DNA of 63,037 nucleotides, the filler included, from Olpidium bornovanus S191 (taxonomy: Eukaryota > Fungi > Olpidiomycota): NCBI GenBank assembly GCA_017911155.1. It is 27 parts of 27 records of this genome, joined end to end, with 100 filler letters (N's around TTAATTAATTAA, not from the genome) between each part and the next. Parts side by side here need not be neighbours in the genome. Positions count along the whole stretch, not along the records: positions 57,828 to 61,877 come from JAEFCI010002036.1; positions 61,978 to 63,037 come from JAEFCI010003204.1; 25 more parts are not named here. The stretch is one strand, 5' to 3'. A model generated the notes under the pieces. It made no database searches. It saw nothing but the letters and a program-made list of their open reading frames with translations, and had not been told where the DNA came from. A program made the translations under genes and the position numbers. Positions within the stretch are counted from its first letter, which is position 1. Every line of letters starts with the position of its first letter. Below, in pieces: positions 59,694-63,037 of this stretch.

Positions 59694-61665
59694 ATGGAGC
59701 GGAAGTGGAAGGACTCGGAGGACGAGTCCACCGCGGGGGAGGAGACCGCGGAGGAGGAAGAGAAGTTCCCTGCGTTGCGTGCTGAGAAGGACGAGGGTGG
59801 CGACGGGTACGACGCCGTGTCGGAGGACGAGTTCGAGGTAAACTCCAGCTTCGGTTTGGGCCGGGCGGGGCTACACTGGAAACCGGATTGCGCCTGGTCG
59901 CGCTGTTCCGCCGACAGCGGCCTGAGGCTGCGCCTGTCCTGTGACACGCTCGTGCAACGTTTACTCTGAAGCTATGGCTCCTGCAGTTCACGCTTCCGAC
60001 GACCACGAAAATCACTTTCTGATGCTTTTCTTTGCTCGTACGCATTGGAAACCTGTCGGCCGCGACAACCACGTTCGCGGAAATTACTGTTTTGCCGCTC
60101 GCAGGTCGAGGCTGTGAAAGATGCCAGGCTTATCAAAGCCAAGGTCGTAAGCGGCGGGAATCCAACGTCCAACGGCAATCACTACCGGGTTCTTGCTTAA
60201 CAAGAAGTCGCATCTTTCTCGTTGGTGTTTTTTGTTCCCCTTTTTGCTTTTGTTTCCAAAAATTCAGAAACGACAGTACCTCGTCAAATGGCTGGGTTAC
60301 TCCGAGGAGACCTGGGAGCCATCTGAGAACCTCGTCAACAACGCTCACTTCATGCACTTCCGTCGGCTCACTCGGAAGTTCCGCGTCACTCGAAACGGAA
60401 TCGAGTGGCCGACATCGGCCACGCAGCAGCAAGTCATTGCCCGGTGCATCGCCGCTGTCGAGGAGGATAAAAAAACGCGTGCAGATGAACGGAGGCTGGT
60501 CCCGCTGCACCAGAAGCCCAAGGCGATTTCCCGCGCCCTTGGTAATGGCACGTTAGCGCCTGCGTCTACTATCGTCGGTGGCATAGCTCCGGTGAGCAGG
60601 GTAGGAGGTTGCCTTCTGCATACGGCGAGCGACTTAGCGTCATGGCGGATAGGCGGTGAAGCGGCGACTGCACAGACCACCGATTACAGGCGGTATACCG
60701 AAGAATTAGGCACGGCGAGAACGAATCCGAGTTGCTTAACCTCGGCATGGCATTACAGCGCTGCCACAGCGACGCGAGACGACGACCGGTCCCGCCTGAT
60801 TATAGGCGATGTCGCCGCGCCCAAGCGGAAGAGGGATGCTGCACTGCAGAAACGAAACGGCTGCGAAGCAGGCCGTGCTCGAAAGGAAAAACGTGGGGCA
60901 CAATCCCAGGACGGAGTTGCTGTCGCAGCGAAGCGAACGCTTGATGGAATGGAACAGGTTTGCAAAGACGAAAATGATGCGCCAAAGCGGGAAGTTGGTG
61001 TTGCAGAGCCGAACCCAACAACGGGTATCGCCCTGCAGAGGCGCCACGATGGCAGTGTTGCCCCGACACAGAACGGTCGTATGCCCGCCACTTCGAAGAC
61101 AAGCGACGTTATGTTGCCTCGGGAAATGGTTCGGGGTGCTCAGATTGTTGCAAGACATCCCAAGCCGAAATCGCGGTCTGCAAACGTCTTGTCAAAAGCA
61201 GAATCAGGAGTTCTGGCGAACGATGCGTGCACCTTCAAAGAGACTGGCCTAGCCGTCAAGAAAGTTGCACGAGTGGAGGAGAATTTTTGCTTTATGAAAG
61301 GGAATCAGACGGCCGGCGACCAATGGGCCAGTATGTTGCCGATGGCAAGCGGGTTCCAGCTGCCTGAGCTCGTTGAAAAGGGTAGTCGGAACGAAGTCGG
61401 GCACCCGACGAAGGGAGACGATCCTGCCACGACCGGTGGTTCTTATGCGGACCGCCGGCCCCAGCTTGCCGCCTCCGCCAAGCCGAGCAAGAATCAATTC
61501 GCTGCGCATCCGGCAAGCGCGCCTCAGCTCCCATTGATGCTGTGGTCGTGTATTGAAGTTTTGCCATATTCTTTGCTGAATCCTGTCGTATCTCATGGTA
61601 AGCCAGCAGGGTGCGGTTGTGAAAAGTGCTGTGGCGTTTTTTGCAGACAGGAAAACCGGAGTTGA
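59694..61665 (+). CDS. Host chromodomain protein: acidic N-terminus, chromodomain and long disordered tail
   Basis: Introns at 59838-60104 and 60147-60267 splice to DEFEVEAVKDARLIKAKVKRQYLVKWLGYSEETWEPSENL. The 3' end may splice further at about 61597. Confidence 0.85.
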
Positions 61666-61978
61666 AATTTGCGAATTCGTCTCTGATATGGGCACATGAG
61701 GGCGGCGAACGTTATTGTTTGTGTGCACTTGCTGCTTTTTGTGCATCTTCCGCGCTCATGTGGCTCTCCGGCTCTCAAAATTGTTTTTGTTTGTCGAGCA
61801 TATCCGGCCCACGCAATCGTAACACGTACGCGATGGTTGTTCTTTGATCATTAGCAGGAAGCTCGCCGACGCCAATANNNNNNNNNNNNNNNNNNNNNNN
61901 NNNNNNNNNNNNNNNNNNNNNTTAATTAATTAANNNNNNNNNNNNNNNNNNNNNNNNNNNNNNNNNNNNNNNNNNNNC

Positions 61979-62077
61979 TACCCCTACCTCCTTAAGTATC
62001 TGGAGCCGAAGCAGCGCGACGTCACGCACATCCTTACGTACGCTGCAATGGCGAGCCACGAACTGGTTCCGCCGGAG
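61979..62077 (+). CDS. SDA1: SDA1 (60S biogenesis factor) internal fragment
   Basis: YPYLLKYLEPKQRDVTHILTYAAMASHELVPPE matches the conserved Sda1 motif (KYLtPkQRDVT.I...AqA.HdLVPPE). Confidence 0.75.
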
Positions 62078-62712
62078 TGGGTAACCGAGGTCGTCATGAC
62101 CAATTTCTCCCGGGTGACCCAGCGGGACCTGGAGCGCGACAGGCAGCTGCTCGACCGCCACGAGCGTCGGCTGGTAAATGAGAATTATATAAAAAAAAAG
62201 AAAAATTGGAAGAAAAAAAAGCACGCGGGGCTTTTTCCGTTTTCTTCCTCTTCCTCCCCTTTACGGGATCCGGCGCAAAAAAAAAAAATTAAAATTAAAC
62301 AAAAATAAAAAAAGCAACAGGAAGGTCCGGATCGTAAAACCGTTCGTCAGCACCAAGAAAGTCACCCGTCTTTTTTATTTTTTTTATTTTTTTATTTTTT
62401 TATTTTTTTTATTTTTTTTATTTTTTTTATTTTTTTTATTTTTTTTATTTTTTTATTTTTTTATTTTTTTATTTTTTTTTATTTTTTTATTTGTCGTTTC
62501 TTCCATCACTCAACTCACGGTTACCCTCCACCATGCGCGCGTTCGGTTCGATAAACGAAAAAAAAAAAAAAAAAAAGCTCGCGGACGTCAAGCGCCTGGT
62601 GCGCAAAAACGACCTGCACAACGCCCGGCTGGTCGCCACCCAAATCGCGGTGTACAGGAGGCTGGTCGAAAGGAACTACGAGAGTGCCGTCATCATCGCC
62701 ACAAAATTGCAG
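62078..62712 (+). CDS. ESCRT-III (CHMP2/CHMP3-like) N-terminal helices
   Basis: VTQRDLERDRQLLDRHERRL, intron 62174-62577, then LADVKRLVRKNDLHNARLVATQIAVYRR resembles CHMP2 (RAMRELDRERQKLE.QEKKIIADIKK.AK...). Confidence 0.6.
62372..62492. repeat. (T6-8A)n tract in an intron
   Basis: About 14 TTTTTTTA-type units. Confidence 0.9.
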
Positions 62713-63037
62713 GTCCGGTCTCGGGGGGGGGGGGGGGGGGGGCCCCCGCCCCCACCCCCCGCGCGTTTTTTTTTGGGGGGGGGGGGGGGGGGGGGGGGGG
62801 CCCTTCCCCAGACTAGCAGAAAAGCCCCCCCCCCTGCCGTGCGGGCGGCTGGGACAGTTTTACGACCTGCTCAGGTCGCGAGTCACGGCTCCCTGTCGGG
62901 GAGTCGTAGGCAGTTTAGGGACCTGCCCGGGTCTGTCGGGGGTGTCACTGTTACCACCCCCGGGCCTCGAGCGGACAGCTATAAAGGATGGGGGGGTGAC
63001 GGCGCGGGGGGGGGGGGGGGGGGTGGCCCCTTCGGCC

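Noticed and set aside
1-63037. Gene cluster linking RNA-decay helicases, Clp1, chromodomain proteins and TEs as one silencing system
   Set aside because: The genes lie on different contigs joined by artificial spacers, so their proximity carries no linkage information.

Overview
This window is not contiguous DNA. It is 27 short contigs (about 1-4.7 kb) joined by 26 identical 100-nt spacers (44 N + TTAATTAATTAA + 44 N), so adjacency across spacers carries no meaning. The DNA is GC-rich, intron-rich and eukaryotic. A myosin-motor chitin synthase and a DUF1748 protein point to a fungus, and a CFAP210-like axonemal gene points to a flagellated (zoosporic) lineage. An Olpidium-like early-diverging fungus is my inference, not a database result. 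Partial host genes recognised from peptide motifs and splice sites: CLP1, an MTR4-like helicase, a DPB3/POLE4-type histone fold, a HUL5/UBE3C-type HECT ligase, glyoxylate reductase, a PAS histidine kinase, SEC1, the PKA regulatory subunit, PEX12, a RING-E3-like protein, a chromodomain protein, and SDA1 and ESCRT-III fragments. Several contigs hold nested, decayed Ty1/copia and Ty3/gypsy retrotransposons. Best leads: (1) a Ty1/copia relic with a chromodomain directly in front of its RT; (2) a pseudo-3'-5'-exonuclease fused to an Upf1-like helicase; (3) an MCMDC2/MCM8-9-like gene; (4) a divergent Mtr4 paralog; (5) an internally deleted gypsy derivative carrying a 35-bp minisatellite. All family calls are by eye from remembered motifs; no searches were run.
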